In this document: positions 1 through 8,160 of the stretch, piece after piece | Layout: every line of letters begins with the position of its first letter | Position numbering within the stretch: position 1 is the first letter of the stretch | DNA from: an uncultured Pelagibacteraceae bacterium | Lineage (GTDB): Bacteria; Pseudomonadota; Alphaproteobacteria; Pelagibacterales; Pelagibacteraceae | Length of the DNA: 64,000 nucleotides | Direction of reading: 5' to 3' | Assembly (NCBI GenBank): GCA_902576115.1 | Contig: CACGUE010000003.1 | Coordinates: 4,712 to 68,711 of the forward strand | The notes under the pieces: generated by a model | The model's input: the letters and a program-made list of their open reading frames with translations, nothing else | Database searches by the model: none | Told to the model about the DNA's origin: nothing | Program-made: the position numbers and the translations under genes

Positions 1-258
1 TTTTAGTAGTTCCTCTTGATCTGCTTGTGAAAATACATTCCTATCTCCGAAAAATTTTACATAACCGCCTAGTGGTATCCAACAAACTTTCCATCTTGTC
101 CCTGATTTATCGTTCCATCCAAATAATTCTCGACCAAAACCTATCGAAAAATCTGTTACACCAACACCATATCTTTTTGCAAAATAATAATGTCCATATT
201 CATGAATGAAAACAACAACAACGATTAATACAATAAATGGTAATATAAAATTGAGCAT
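1..258 (-). CDS. rseP: RIP metalloprotease RseP (M50), N-terminal part; runs off the left edge
   Basis: Not in the ORF track. Hand translation from ATG at 258: MLNFILPFIVLIVVVVFIHEYGHYYFAKRYGVGVTDFSIGFGRELFGW...WIPLGGYVKF, with HExGH, FSIGFG and IPLGGYV motifs. Confidence 0.93.
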   Translation of the reverse strand, partial: MLNFILPFIVLIVVVVFIHEYGHYYFAKRYGVGVTDFSIGFGRELFGWNDKSGTRWKVCWIPLGGYVKFFGDRNVFSQADQEELLK

Positions 259-299
259 TTATTAAATTATACAATAATTAGGTTTTAAATAAACATCAA

Positions 300-1730
300 T
301 TATTTCAATTTCCATGCAATTATTGGTGATAAAGTTGCCGCAATAAATGAACAAAATAAAAGAGATTGAGAAATATACGATGGTGCTAAATCCATTGGCA
401 AAATTATTCCAAATAGTATTGATTTAGAAAAATCAGGACTTGGAAAAAATAATAGTCCTGCAATTAATCCTATTAATATAGAAACATAAGCATTTTTTTC
501 ATCATAAGATTTTGAATAAAAAGTATAAAAAACACTTAGAACAGCCGCACAACAAAATAAATCTGCTATTAAGAATAAATAAAGAATACTAAATCCTTTT
601 GATGCTACAAAAAAAGCTATGACCGAAAGAAAAATAACAAATTGTTTTGAGATATTTAAATGATTATTTTTTAAATTTAATACTTTATCTACATCGACTA
701 TTACCAAACTTGAAATAGCATTTATTAAAGTATCAATACTGCTTATTGTTAAAGAGATAGCTAAAATTATTACAATGACTGAAAATATTATTAAATTTTC
801 TTTTAATAAAATTGAGAAAAATGCAAGATCAGGTATGACATTAGTATCTTGAGAGACAGCCACTAAACCACTAAATCCCATAAAAAAGACTATTGGTAAT
901 ATTATTAAAAATGAAAATATTAAACTTTTTTTTAAAACCTCGTAATTTTTTGCAGCATAAACTCTCTGCCAATTACCTTGATGAAAAAGATTAGTTGCAG
1001 CAACGGCAATAAAGAAAGTTAAACCAGCAGTATAATTTGGGAGATAACTAAAACTTAACAAATGCGGATTATTATTTTTAATAATTTCAAAGTTAAATTC
1101 GTTTGTTTCAATTGAGGTAATAAAAATTAAACTTATTATTAAAAGAGCTGTAAATACAAAAAATTGAATATTATCTGTGATTAAGGATGCTCTTAACCCT
1201 CCATATAATGTGTAAAGTAACGAACATGATATTACTATTAAAGAGGTAATCCACAATTCAGTGCTAGAAATGTAATTAATTAAAAAAGCTACAGCAGTAA
1301 CTTCAGCAATTAAAAAGATTGTCATATAAAAAATGGAAAAAACTAAAATAAGTTTATAAAGATTTGGTCCAAATCTTAATCTTATAATTTCAATAATACT
1401 TTTGCCTTGCGGATAACTAGTTCTAAATTTTTTACCAAGATAAATTAAAATAAAGAGTGGAAATGCAGTTCCTAGTGAATAACCAATCACTGCACCAATT
1501 CCTCCCCATGTTGCTGCTGATGCCGGTCCAAATAAAATCCAAGCACCAAGTGCTGAAGCAACAAGACTTGTTGTTAAGGATAAAGTTCCAATCGAACGGT
1601 TTGCAACTAAATAATTATTAAGTCCTTTAAATTTTTTTGAAAAATAAATTCCAACAAAAACAAATATTAAAGAAATTGAAATAATTAATATTATTGCTGA
1701 TGATTGATTGATTATATTTAAATTATTCAT
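300..1730 (-). CDS. thiV: Sodium:solute symporter, ThiV-like (thiamin/pyrimidine precursor uptake)
   Basis: 476-aa polytopic membrane protein with SSF motifs (YLVANRS, YTLYGGLRASLITDNIQ, WQRVYAAK); sits directly downstream of a TPP-type riboswitch. Confidence 0.8.
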   Translation of the reverse strand: MNNLNIINQSSAIILIISISLIFVFVGIYFSKKFKGLNNYLVANRSIGTLSLTTSLVASALGAWILFGPASAATWGGIGAVIGYSLGTAFPLFILIYLGKKFRTSYPQGKSIIEIIRLRFGPNLYKLILVFSIFYMTIFLIAEVTAVAFLINYISSTELWITSLIVISCSLLYTLYGGLRASLITDNIQFFVFTALLIISLIFITSIETNEFNFEIIKNNNPHLLSFSYLPNYTAGLTFFIAVAATNLFHQGNWQRVYAAKNYEVLKKSLIFSFLIILPIVFFMGFSGLVAVSQDTNVIPDLAFFSILLKENLIIFSVIVIILAISLTISSIDTLINAISSLVIVDVDKVLNLKNNHLNISKQFVIFLSVIAFFVASKGFSILYLFLIADLFCCAAVLSVFYTFYSKSYDEKNAYVSILIGLIAGLLFFPSPDFSKSILFGIILPMDLAPSYISQSLLFCSFIAATLSPIIAWKLK

Positions 1731-1795
1731 TTTCCCTTTCTGAATTACCGGACAGGTTCTAAGGGTATTTCTCAGCCTTCTGGCACCCCATTTGC
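1731..1795 (-). ncRNA. TPP (THI-box) riboswitch, variant
   Basis: Minus strand reads GGGGUGCC-AGAA-GGC-UGAGA-AAUA-CCC-UUAGA-ACCUGUCCGGUAAUUCAGAAAGGGAAA-AUG: P2/P3, UGAGA, ACCUG, UAAU and AGGG elements are present, and the 3' end doubles as the SD sequence. Confidence 0.85.
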
Positions 1796-1810
1796 AACTT
1801 ATTTCAAAGA

Positions 1811-2554
1811 TTAAATGAAATCAATTATTAACTTAGCGCTACTAACAAGAATTAAAGCGTAAATGATATTATAAAATAAATTTTCCTCAATTATTTTAAG
1901 TAATTTGTAACCTATAAAAATTCCAATAAGCGCTAGGGGAAAGAGAGTAACTGATTGATATAAAGTATCAAAATTCATCATAGATAAATAAACATACAGA
2001 GGAAGCTTAATTAGATTAACACAACTAAAAAAAATAATTCTTGTGCCAACATAAATTTCTTTTTTCATTCTTAGTGGAAGCAAATAAAGACTTGTTGGGG
2101 TTCCTCCCGCATGAACACAAAAACTTGAAAAACCAGCAATGGATGAACAAATAGCCCCTTTAAAAAAGTTTTTTTTTGCCGGTATAGTTTTTTCTTTTTT
2201 AAATAGAAAATAATGACCAGAAAATAAAAAACCCATTATTCCAACAATTAACTTAAGCAAATCCTCAGAAAAATAAGTAAATGTAAATGAGCCAATTATT
2301 ATTCCAATAGCTGCAAATGGAACTATTAATTTAAGTGTTCCAAAATCAAACTCTCTTCTAAATCTATAAACTGCAATAATGTCTGAAAAAATTAATATTG
2401 GTAAAATAATTGCAAGTGCTTGATTTAATGGCATTACTACTGTCATTAATGGAACTGAAATTAATGATATTGATCCACCTAAACCTGATTTAGCAATTCC
2501 ATATAATACGATAGCTGGAACAACGCTAACAAAGAATAATAAATTTATCTCCAT
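1811..2554 (-). CDS. TauE/SafE (TSUP) family sulfite/sulfonate exporter
   Basis: 247 aa, about 8 TM helices, GIAKSGLGG and HAGGTP motifs. Confidence 0.8.
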   Translation of the reverse strand: MEINLLFFVSVVPAIVLYGIAKSGLGGSISLISVPLMTVVMPLNQALAIILPILIFSDIIAVYRFRREFDFGTLKLIVPFAAIGIIIGSFTFTYFSEDLLKLIVGIMGFLFSGHYFLFKKEKTIPAKKNFFKGAICSSIAGFSSFCVHAGGTPTSLYLLPLRMKKEIYVGTRIIFFSCVNLIKLPLYVYLSMMNFDTLYQSVTLFPLALIGIFIGYKLLKIIEENLFYNIIYALILVSSAKLIIDFI

Positions 2555-2560
2555 TATAAG

Positions 2561-2725
2561 TTAGAAATATAGTAATAAAGATAAAACCACTAATATTAAA
2601 ACTAATATGATGACAGCTATGTAATTGAGTTTAATTTTAAAATTGCTTAATAAAAATTCATTAATTTTTTCCCAGAAAATAATAATTAAAATTAATAGTA
2701 CTGCTGGAAGAATAAATTTAATCAT
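2561..2725 (-). CDS. Small two-TM membrane protein (54 aa)
   Basis: Start moved to ATG at 2725 (MIKFILPAVLLIL...), which removes the overlap with the upstream small ORF; two hydrophobic segments. Confidence 0.6.
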   Translation of the reverse strand: MIKFILPAVLLILIIIFWEKINEFLLSNFKIKLNYIAVIILVLILVVLSLLLYF

Positions 2726-2733
2726 AAATCTAT

Positions 2734-2901
2734 TTACATCAAAAAATACATCAATCCAAATATAACAAGTATAATTATTATCCAAATTGAAAAATTAGAT
2801 ATCAATTGTTTAATATTTGAGTTTGATCTGAGAAAATTAGGTAGAACTAATATTAAGACTAATATTAAAAATATTGCAGGAATTATCTGGTCAACAGTCA
2901 A
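2734..2901 (-). CDS. Small two-TM membrane protein (55 aa)
   Basis: Below the ORF-track cutoff. TTG start 1 nt after the permease stop: MTVDQIIPAIFLILVLILVLPNFLRSNSNIKQLISNFSIWIIIILVIFGLMYFLM; fills the gap exactly. Confidence 0.6.
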   Translation of the reverse strand: MTVDQIIPAIFLILVLILVLPNFLRSNSNIKQLISNFSIWIIIILVIFGLMYFLM

Positions 2902-2902
2902 A

Positions 2903-3670
2903 TTAATTTTTTATATTATAACCTTTTTTTAGTATAATTGAGACAAGAGTTACACATACAATTAAAAATATAAACATTGTTGAAATACTTATCCAAATAT
3001 CAAAATCAGAAACTCCATAAAATGCAAACCTCAGCCCATTAATTAAATATACAACAGGATTAAAATAAGTGACTGTTTGCCAGAAACTTGGGAGCATATC
3101 TAGCGAATACAAACTTCCACCTAAGAATACCATTGGTGTTATGACAATTGTTGGTATTATAGACATTTGCTCGAAATTTTTACTAAGAAGTCCAATTAAA
3201 AACCCGAACAAAGCAAAAGTAAAAGCAACTAGAATTAATAAGAAAATCATTAGTAAAGGAAACTTTACATTTACTTCTGCAAAAAAAAGTGAAGTGCAGA
3301 AAATTACTGCAGCAACTATTAAAGTTTTAGTTGCACCTGCACCAACATAAGCAATTACAATTTCTACAGTAGAAATTGGAGCTGCTAAAATTTCATAAAT
3401 TGTTCCATTAAATTTAGGAAAAAAAATTCCAAAAGAAGTGTTACTGATAGATTGCGTTAATAATGTTAACATCAATAATCCTGGAACTATATAAGAGCCA
3501 TAACTAATGCCATCAATTTTTTGTACATAATCCCCGATTACCGAGCCGAATACTATAAAGTATAATGAAGTAGATAAAACTGGGGAAAGAAGAGATTGTA
3601 TTAATGTTCTTCTAAATCTATCCATTTCATGAAAATAAATTGCTCTTAATGCGTAAAAATTAATCCTCAT
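2903..3670 (-). CDS. ABC-2 type exporter permease (YadH-like)
   Basis: 6-TM pattern, YIVPGLLML, NPVVYLINGLR; overlaps the ATPase stop. Confidence 0.88.
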   Translation of the reverse strand: MRINFYALRAIYFHEMDRFRRTLIQSLLSPVLSTSLYFIVFGSVIGDYVQKIDGISYGSYIVPGLLMLTLLTQSISNTSFGIFFPKFNGTIYEILAAPISTVEIVIAYVGAGATKTLIVAAVIFCTSLFFAEVNVKFPLLMIFLLILVAFTFALFGFLIGLLSKNFEQMSIIPTIVITPMVFLGGSLYSLDMLPSFWQTVTYFNPVVYLINGLRFAFYGVSDFDIWISISTMFIFLIVCVTLVSIILKKGYNIKN

Positions 3671-4595
3671 TATTTTCCTTTACCAATGTCACAAAAATCT
3701 TTTCAAGATTATTTTGCTCTGTTTTTAAGTCTCTCATCCTCAAACCTGCATTTTTTAAATCTTGAAGCATCTTTGTAATACCTGTTCTTTCAGCATGTAA
3801 GTTATAGTTGTAAATTAATGAATAATTATCATTAGAGATTGATAGATTATATTCATCAAGTTCTGATGGAATTTTTTCGACTTTATCCTGCAACTCAATA
3901 GTTAATTTTTTATGACCCATCTTTTTTAATAAATCTATTTTATTATCAACAACAATGATTTCTCCTTGATTAATTACAGCAACTCGGTCTGCGATTGCCT
4001 CTGCTTCTTCAATATAGTGTGTTGTTAAAATTATGGTTACTCCAGTTTTCCTTAATCCCTCTACAACTTTCCACATATCTTTTCTCAATTCTACATCTAC
4101 GCCTGCCGTTGGTTCATCAAGAAATAATATCGAAGGTTCATGAGATAATGCTTTTGCTATCATTACACGTCTTTTCATTCCTCCTGAAAGCTGATTTAAC
4201 CTTAAATCTTTTTTATCCCATAAACTAAAATCTTTTAGAACTTTTTCTATATGTTGGGGGTTTGGCTTTTTTCCATATAAGCCTCTTGAATATGAAACAT
4301 TGTTAAACACTGTTTCAAATTGTTCTAGTGAAATTTCTTGGGGGACCAGTCCTATTCTTGATCTTGTTTCTCTATAATCTTTTATAATATCAAAACCATC
4401 TACTGTAATTACTCCAGAAGTTGGTTTAACTATACCACATACAATACTTATCAGTGTAGTTTTGCCAGCTCCATTTGGTCCAAGCATAGCAATAATTTCA
4501 CCTTGCTTTATATTTAAATTAACAGTTTTTAAAGCGTTAAATCCATTGTCGTATACCTTTGAAAGGCTATCAATTGTTATTAAATCTTTAGTCAT
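3660..4595 (-). CDS. ABC exporter ATP-binding protein (YadG-like)
   Basis: Walker A GPNGAGKT, LSGGMKRR, Walker B FLDEPTAGVD. Confidence 0.92.
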   Translation of the reverse strand: MTKDLITIDSLSKVYDNGFNALKTVNLNIKQGEIIAMLGPNGAGKTTLISIVCGIVKPTSGVITVDGFDIIKDYRETRSRIGLVPQEISLEQFETVFNNVSYSRGLYGKKPNPQHIEKVLKDFSLWDKKDLRLNQLSGGMKRRVMIAKALSHEPSILFLDEPTAGVDVELRKDMWKVVEGLRKTGVTIILTTHYIEEAEAIADRVAVINQGEIIVVDNKIDLLKKMGHKKLTIELQDKVEKIPSELDEYNLSISNDNYSLIYNYNLHAERTGITKMLQDLKNAGLRMRDLKTEQNNLEKIFVTLVKENNED

Positions 4596-4628
4596 TATCT
4601 GAGGTCTTAAATTGATATAGAGATGTTT

Positions 4629-5072
4629 TTAGTGACAAGCAATATTATATTTTTTTAATCTCCAATAATTGTATGGCCATGGAGTTAAAAATCCAACTAG
4701 AAGCATTATTGGTACTACCCACCAATTTAAAATAGCTCCACCTGTTAAAATTACATCTGTAAGGTTCATGGCTATTTCCATACTGACCATTGATATAAAG
4801 CTCATACCGAGCGCAGTCTTTAATGCTTTGGAAAAATCAAGTTTTTGTCTTAGTAAAATTATAGTTTCTAAAATAATACTTGTAATCAAACCATTTATAA
4901 TTGCTAATGTCATGATGGCTAAAACAGGCCAGGGAATTCCTGTTATCTGAAAATACAATATAGTTCCAAAGTCACCAATTGCACAGCCTAGTAAACACCA
5001 AGCGGTATTTTTTGCGCTTCTTTTCCAAGTATGTTTGCATGACCAATTAAAATTAATTGCTTCTGAACTCAT
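4629..5072 (-). CDS. DUF4396-like membrane protein
   Basis: TAWCLLGCAIGDFG, MSFISMVSMEIAMN and GFLTPWPYNYWRL match my recollection of DUF4396; ends in ACH. Confidence 0.7.
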   Translation of the reverse strand: MSSEAINFNWSCKHTWKRSAKNTAWCLLGCAIGDFGTILYFQITGIPWPVLAIMTLAIINGLITSIILETIILLRQKLDFSKALKTALGMSFISMVSMEIAMNLTDVILTGGAILNWWVVPIMLLVGFLTPWPYNYWRLKKYNIACH

Positions 5073-5497
5073 TGTTTGCTCATTTCTAAATGATATTCAT
5101 AAATATCATCTTTCCAATAAGATTTAATGTACGAAAGAATGTTATCAATACCTTCATCACTTATTTTATCACCAAAACCCATCATCTTGCCTTCATAATT
5201 TTTTATTAATTTAGCAAATCCATACTTTATCATTCTATGTAGTAACTCATCTGTATGATGCCAAGTATGACCAGTTCCATTTAAAGGCGGTGCTTTTCTA
5301 TGCCCATCTTCATCTAAACCTTGCCAATTTGTAGCTCCAGCTAAATTTGCTTGGTGACAAGAAACACAATATTGATTGTATAATATCTTGCCATTTTTAA
5401 TTGCTTCTAATGAATCTCTAGTTATGGGGTAGTGCGAATGAGAGAAAGCAGTATCTGCATAAAATAAAACAATAAAAATAAAAAAATACTTTTTCAT
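5069..5497 (-). CDS. Periplasmic monoheme cytochrome c
   Basis: Signal peptide, CVSCH heme motif, APPLNGTGHTWHH, distal MMGF. Confidence 0.88.
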   Translation of the reverse strand: MKKYFFIFIVLFYADTAFSHSHYPITRDSLEAIKNGKILYNQYCVSCHQANLAGATNWQGLDEDGHRKAPPLNGTGHTWHHTDELLHRMIKYGFAKLIKNYEGKMMGFGDKISDEGIDNILSYIKSYWKDDIYEYHLEMSKQ

Positions 5498-5961
5498 TAG
5501 TGTGGAGCCCTATATCTGCTATGACAAGCTTTACAGCTCGACCACATATATTGTTTCAAAGCTGCTCTAAAATCATCTTGGTCTTCGATAATTGAAGCTA
5601 GCTTTATCATTTGATCAGATGATTTTTTCATTAGAGCATTAAATTCATCTTTTTCTTCCCAAATAATTGGTAAAGCCTCTGTTCCGTGTCCCTCTTTTGT
5701 ATTTTCTGGAAATAAATTTAGTAATTCTAAATAATTATCACTCATTCTAATCATCAGTTTTTTTGAGTCCTCAATTTCAACTTCGTTAAGTAAAATACTA
5801 ATTCTTTTTGCTAGTTTATAATTTTGACTGAATAAAGACTTTCTTTTCTTTATAATGTCTTTTGCGCTTTCTTCTGATAAAACATTAGAATTAAATGAAA
5901 AAGAAAGTGCTACAATAAACATTATTTTGAAAATATTATTTATTTTTATAAAATAGCTCAT
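5497..5961 (-). CDS. Class II cytochrome c (c'/c556 family)
   Basis: C-terminal CKACH, helical body with T-E-A-L-P-I-I-W motif, signal peptide; the true start may be the Met at 5922. Confidence 0.88.
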   Translation of the reverse strand: MSYFIKINNIFKIMFIVALSFSFNSNVLSEESAKDIIKKRKSLFSQNYKLAKRISILLNEVEIEDSKKLMIRMSDNYLELLNLFPENTKEGHGTEALPIIWEEKDEFNALMKKSSDQMIKLASIIEDQDDFRAALKQYMWSSCKACHSRYRAPH

Positions 5962-6487
5962 GTCTGACAGTATAACATTACAATATAGTTGGTTAACTAA
6001 ATTTTTTCATTGGTTCACTTTGCTCCTTCTAATTGCTCAGATACCAATGGGGTTTATTTTGGTCAGATTAGATTTTTCGGATTTAAGAATAACTATTGAA
6101 AATGTACATGTAATTGTAGGAATATCCATATTTTACATAACCTTATTTAGGTTAATTTATAAATTTTTTAGCAAGTCCCCAAAACTAATGCCTGAGGCAT
6201 TCTTTGGACAAAACTTGATTGCGAAATTGAATCATTTCGCTCTTTATGTCGCACTTTTAACAATAACAACATCAGGAATTTTAAAAAAGCTATTTAATGG
6301 TGAAAAACTAAATTTTTTTATTTTTAAATTAAGGATTGAAGATAACTTTGATTTAGCAGATCAATTTTACAATGTTCATGTTATTTCAAATTATACATTA
6401 ATAGTTTTAATCTCATTGCATATTTTAGCAGTTTTGTTTCATCAAATATTTTTGAAAGAAAACATCTTGAAAAGAATGACCAGATAA
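5960..6487 (+). CDS. Cytochrome b561 family protein
   Basis: 4 TM with His ligands (FFHW, NVHV, NVHV, SLHI) and C-terminal ILKRM. Confidence 0.88.
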   Translation: MSDSITLQYSWLTKFFHWFTLLLLIAQIPMGFILVRLDFSDLRITIENVHVIVGISIFYITLFRLIYKFFSKSPKLMPEAFFGQNLIAKLNHFALYVALLTITTSGILKKLFNGEKLNFFIFKLRIEDNFDLADQFYNVHVISNYTLIVLISLHILAVLFHQIFLKENILKRMTR

Positions 6488-6500
6488 TTAAATAAAGCTC

Positions 6501-6875
6501 ATGAAAAAATATTTTGTCTTTCTAATTTTATTCTTAATACCAAATATCTCATTTGGTTTTGAAAAAACTACAAATTTTGATCTGAAAAGATTATTAGAAA
6601 TTCAAAAATCTGGTAAAACAATTGTTATTAATTCTTGGAACGAATATTGTTCAACATGTGCAGCACAAACAAAAGTTTTTGATCAAGCAATGAAAGACTT
6701 TAAAGATGTTGAGTTTTTATTCTATGAGCAAACAGAACATGAAGATATTGCTAAAGCTTTAGGTGTTAATTATTGGACCACAATAGTAGTTTTTAAAGGT
6801 GAAAGTGAAGTAGCAAGAGAAATTGGTTTAACTGACAAAGACCAAATATATAATTTAATAAACAAAGGGATATAA
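6501..6875 (+). CDS. Exported thioredoxin-fold protein
   Basis: Signal peptide, CSTC (CxxC), TIVVFKG..EVAR. Confidence 0.8.
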   Translation: MKKYFVFLILFLIPNISFGFEKTTNFDLKRLLEIQKSGKTIVINSWNEYCSTCAAQTKVFDQAMKDFKDVEFLFYEQTEHEDIAKALGVNYWTTIVVFKGESEVAREIGLTDKDQIYNLINKGI

Positions 6876-6967
6876 TTCCTTTTTACCTCCCCTTTCGAGG
6901 AGGTGAATTCAACAAAAAAGAGAGAAATAAATGAATGTTAAATTCAGGAATAATTTTTTAAATTATG
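6875..6967 (-). ncRNA. Candidate small RNA with a three-helix junction and a pyrimidine-rich loop
   Basis: Minus strand: P1 AUUCCU/AGGAAU, P2 GAAUUUAACA/UGUUGAAUUC around a 21-nt loop, P3 ACCUCCUC-GAAA-GGGGAGGU. Both imperfect pairs are G-U only on the minus strand; promoter immediately upstream. Ends approximate. Confidence 0.6.
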
Positions 6968-6972
6968 ACTGC

Positions 6973-7000
6973 TATATAGAATTAATTTTTTTTTTGTCAA
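6973..7000 (-). promoter_or_regulatory. Sigma70-like promoter facing the candidate sRNA
   Basis: TTGACA (7000-6995), 16-nt spacer, TATATA (6978-6973, within CTATAT context); no minus-strand ORF follows it. Confidence 0.6.
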
Positions 7001-7032
7001 TTTATAAAAAAAAGCAAGAAAAATTAGGGATT

Positions 7033-8151
7033 TTAATTAAGCAATGCCTTTTGAGCTGGTAAATAATCATGACCAAATACATCAGCAACAGCTTTATGAG
7101 TAACACCTCCTTTAAATACATTTAATCCTGCTTGAAAATTTTGATCATCATTTAAAGCTTTTAAGTACCCATCTTTTGCTAGTTTAGATAAAAAAGGAAG
7201 AGTTGCTTTATTCAATGCAATTGTTGATGTTCTAGGAACACCACCGGGCATATTTGCAACACAATAATGAATTATATCATCTATTATAAAAGTTGGTTCT
7301 GCAAAAGTAGTCGGTTTACTGGTTTCTACACATCCTCCTTGATCAATTGCAACATCTACAATTACTGATCCCCTTTTCATTTTTTTTAACATATTCTTTG
7401 TAACTAATTTTGGTGCCTCAGCACCCGGTATCAAAACTCCACCTACTAACAAATCACATTCAGAAATTAATTTTTCTAAATCAGTTTTATCACTTAAGTT
7501 GGGAATTATTTTGTCTCCAAATATTTGGGAAAGTTCGTTTAATCTTTTTTCAGATTTATCTACAATATTAACCTTGGCTTTCATGCCTGTTGCAATTATC
7601 GCAGCATTTTCACCTACTACTCCACCTCCAAGTATAACAACATTTCCAGGCTCTACGCCAGGTGCTCCTCCTAACAAAAGACCACGACCTTTTTGATTTT
7701 TTTCTAAACAATGTGCACCTGCTTGAACTGACATTCTTCCTGCTACTGCACTCATTGGTGCTAATAAAGGAAGTCTTCCGTTATTATCTGTGACTGTTTC
7801 ATAAGCGATGCATATTGATTTGCTGTCTATTAAACCTTGTGTCAGTTCCTTGGCTGCAGCAAGATGAAGATACGTAAAGACAACTTGATTTTCTTTTATC
7901 ATTCTTACTTCGCTAGATTGTGGCTCTTTGACTTTAACAATGATGTCGGAGTCGTTAAATATATCTTCAGCTGTATTAACTATTTTTGCTCCGCTTGATA
8001 CATAATGATCGTTTTCAAATCCTGCTTCAAAACCTCCATTATTTTCAATTAAAACTTCATGGCCATTAGAGGTTAATGCCTTTACACTTTCGGGAGTGAG
8101 TCCAATTCTATTTTCTTGAGGCTTTATTTCTTTTGGAACCCCGATTTTCAT
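7033..8151 (-). CDS. ald: Alanine dehydrogenase
   Basis: MKIGVPKEIK, FTYLHLAA, GGGVVG, DVAIDQGGC, HYCVANMPG. Confidence 0.97.
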   Translation of the reverse strand: MKIGVPKEIKPQENRIGLTPESVKALTSNGHEVLIENNGGFEAGFENDHYVSSGAKIVNTAEDIFNDSDIIVKVKEPQSSEVRMIKENQVVFTYLHLAAAKELTQGLIDSKSICIAYETVTDNNGRLPLLAPMSAVAGRMSVQAGAHCLEKNQKGRGLLLGGAPGVEPGNVVILGGGVVGENAAIIATGMKAKVNIVDKSEKRLNELSQIFGDKIIPNLSDKTDLEKLISECDLLVGGVLIPGAEAPKLVTKNMLKKMKRGSVIVDVAIDQGGCVETSKPTTFAEPTFIIDDIIHYCVANMPGGVPRTSTIALNKATLPFLSKLAKDGYLKALNDDQNFQAGLNVFKGGVTHKAVADVFGHDYLPAQKALLN

Positions 8152-8160
8152 AGAATTAAA

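Noticed and set aside
27-209. 60-aa plus-strand ORF in the track
   Set aside because: Shadow of rseP on the opposite strand.
6885-6904. Hairpin read as a simple terminator for ald or trx
   Set aside because: No U-tract follows it on either strand, it is about 130 bp from the ald stop, and it is nested in two further helices.
6931-7062. 43-aa plus-strand ORF with an apparent SD (AGAGAG) and ATG
   Set aside because: Runs through homopolymers into the ald 3' end with no recognisable motif; the G-U pairs, GNRA loop and promoter favour a minus-strand RNA. Kept only as the alternative explanation.
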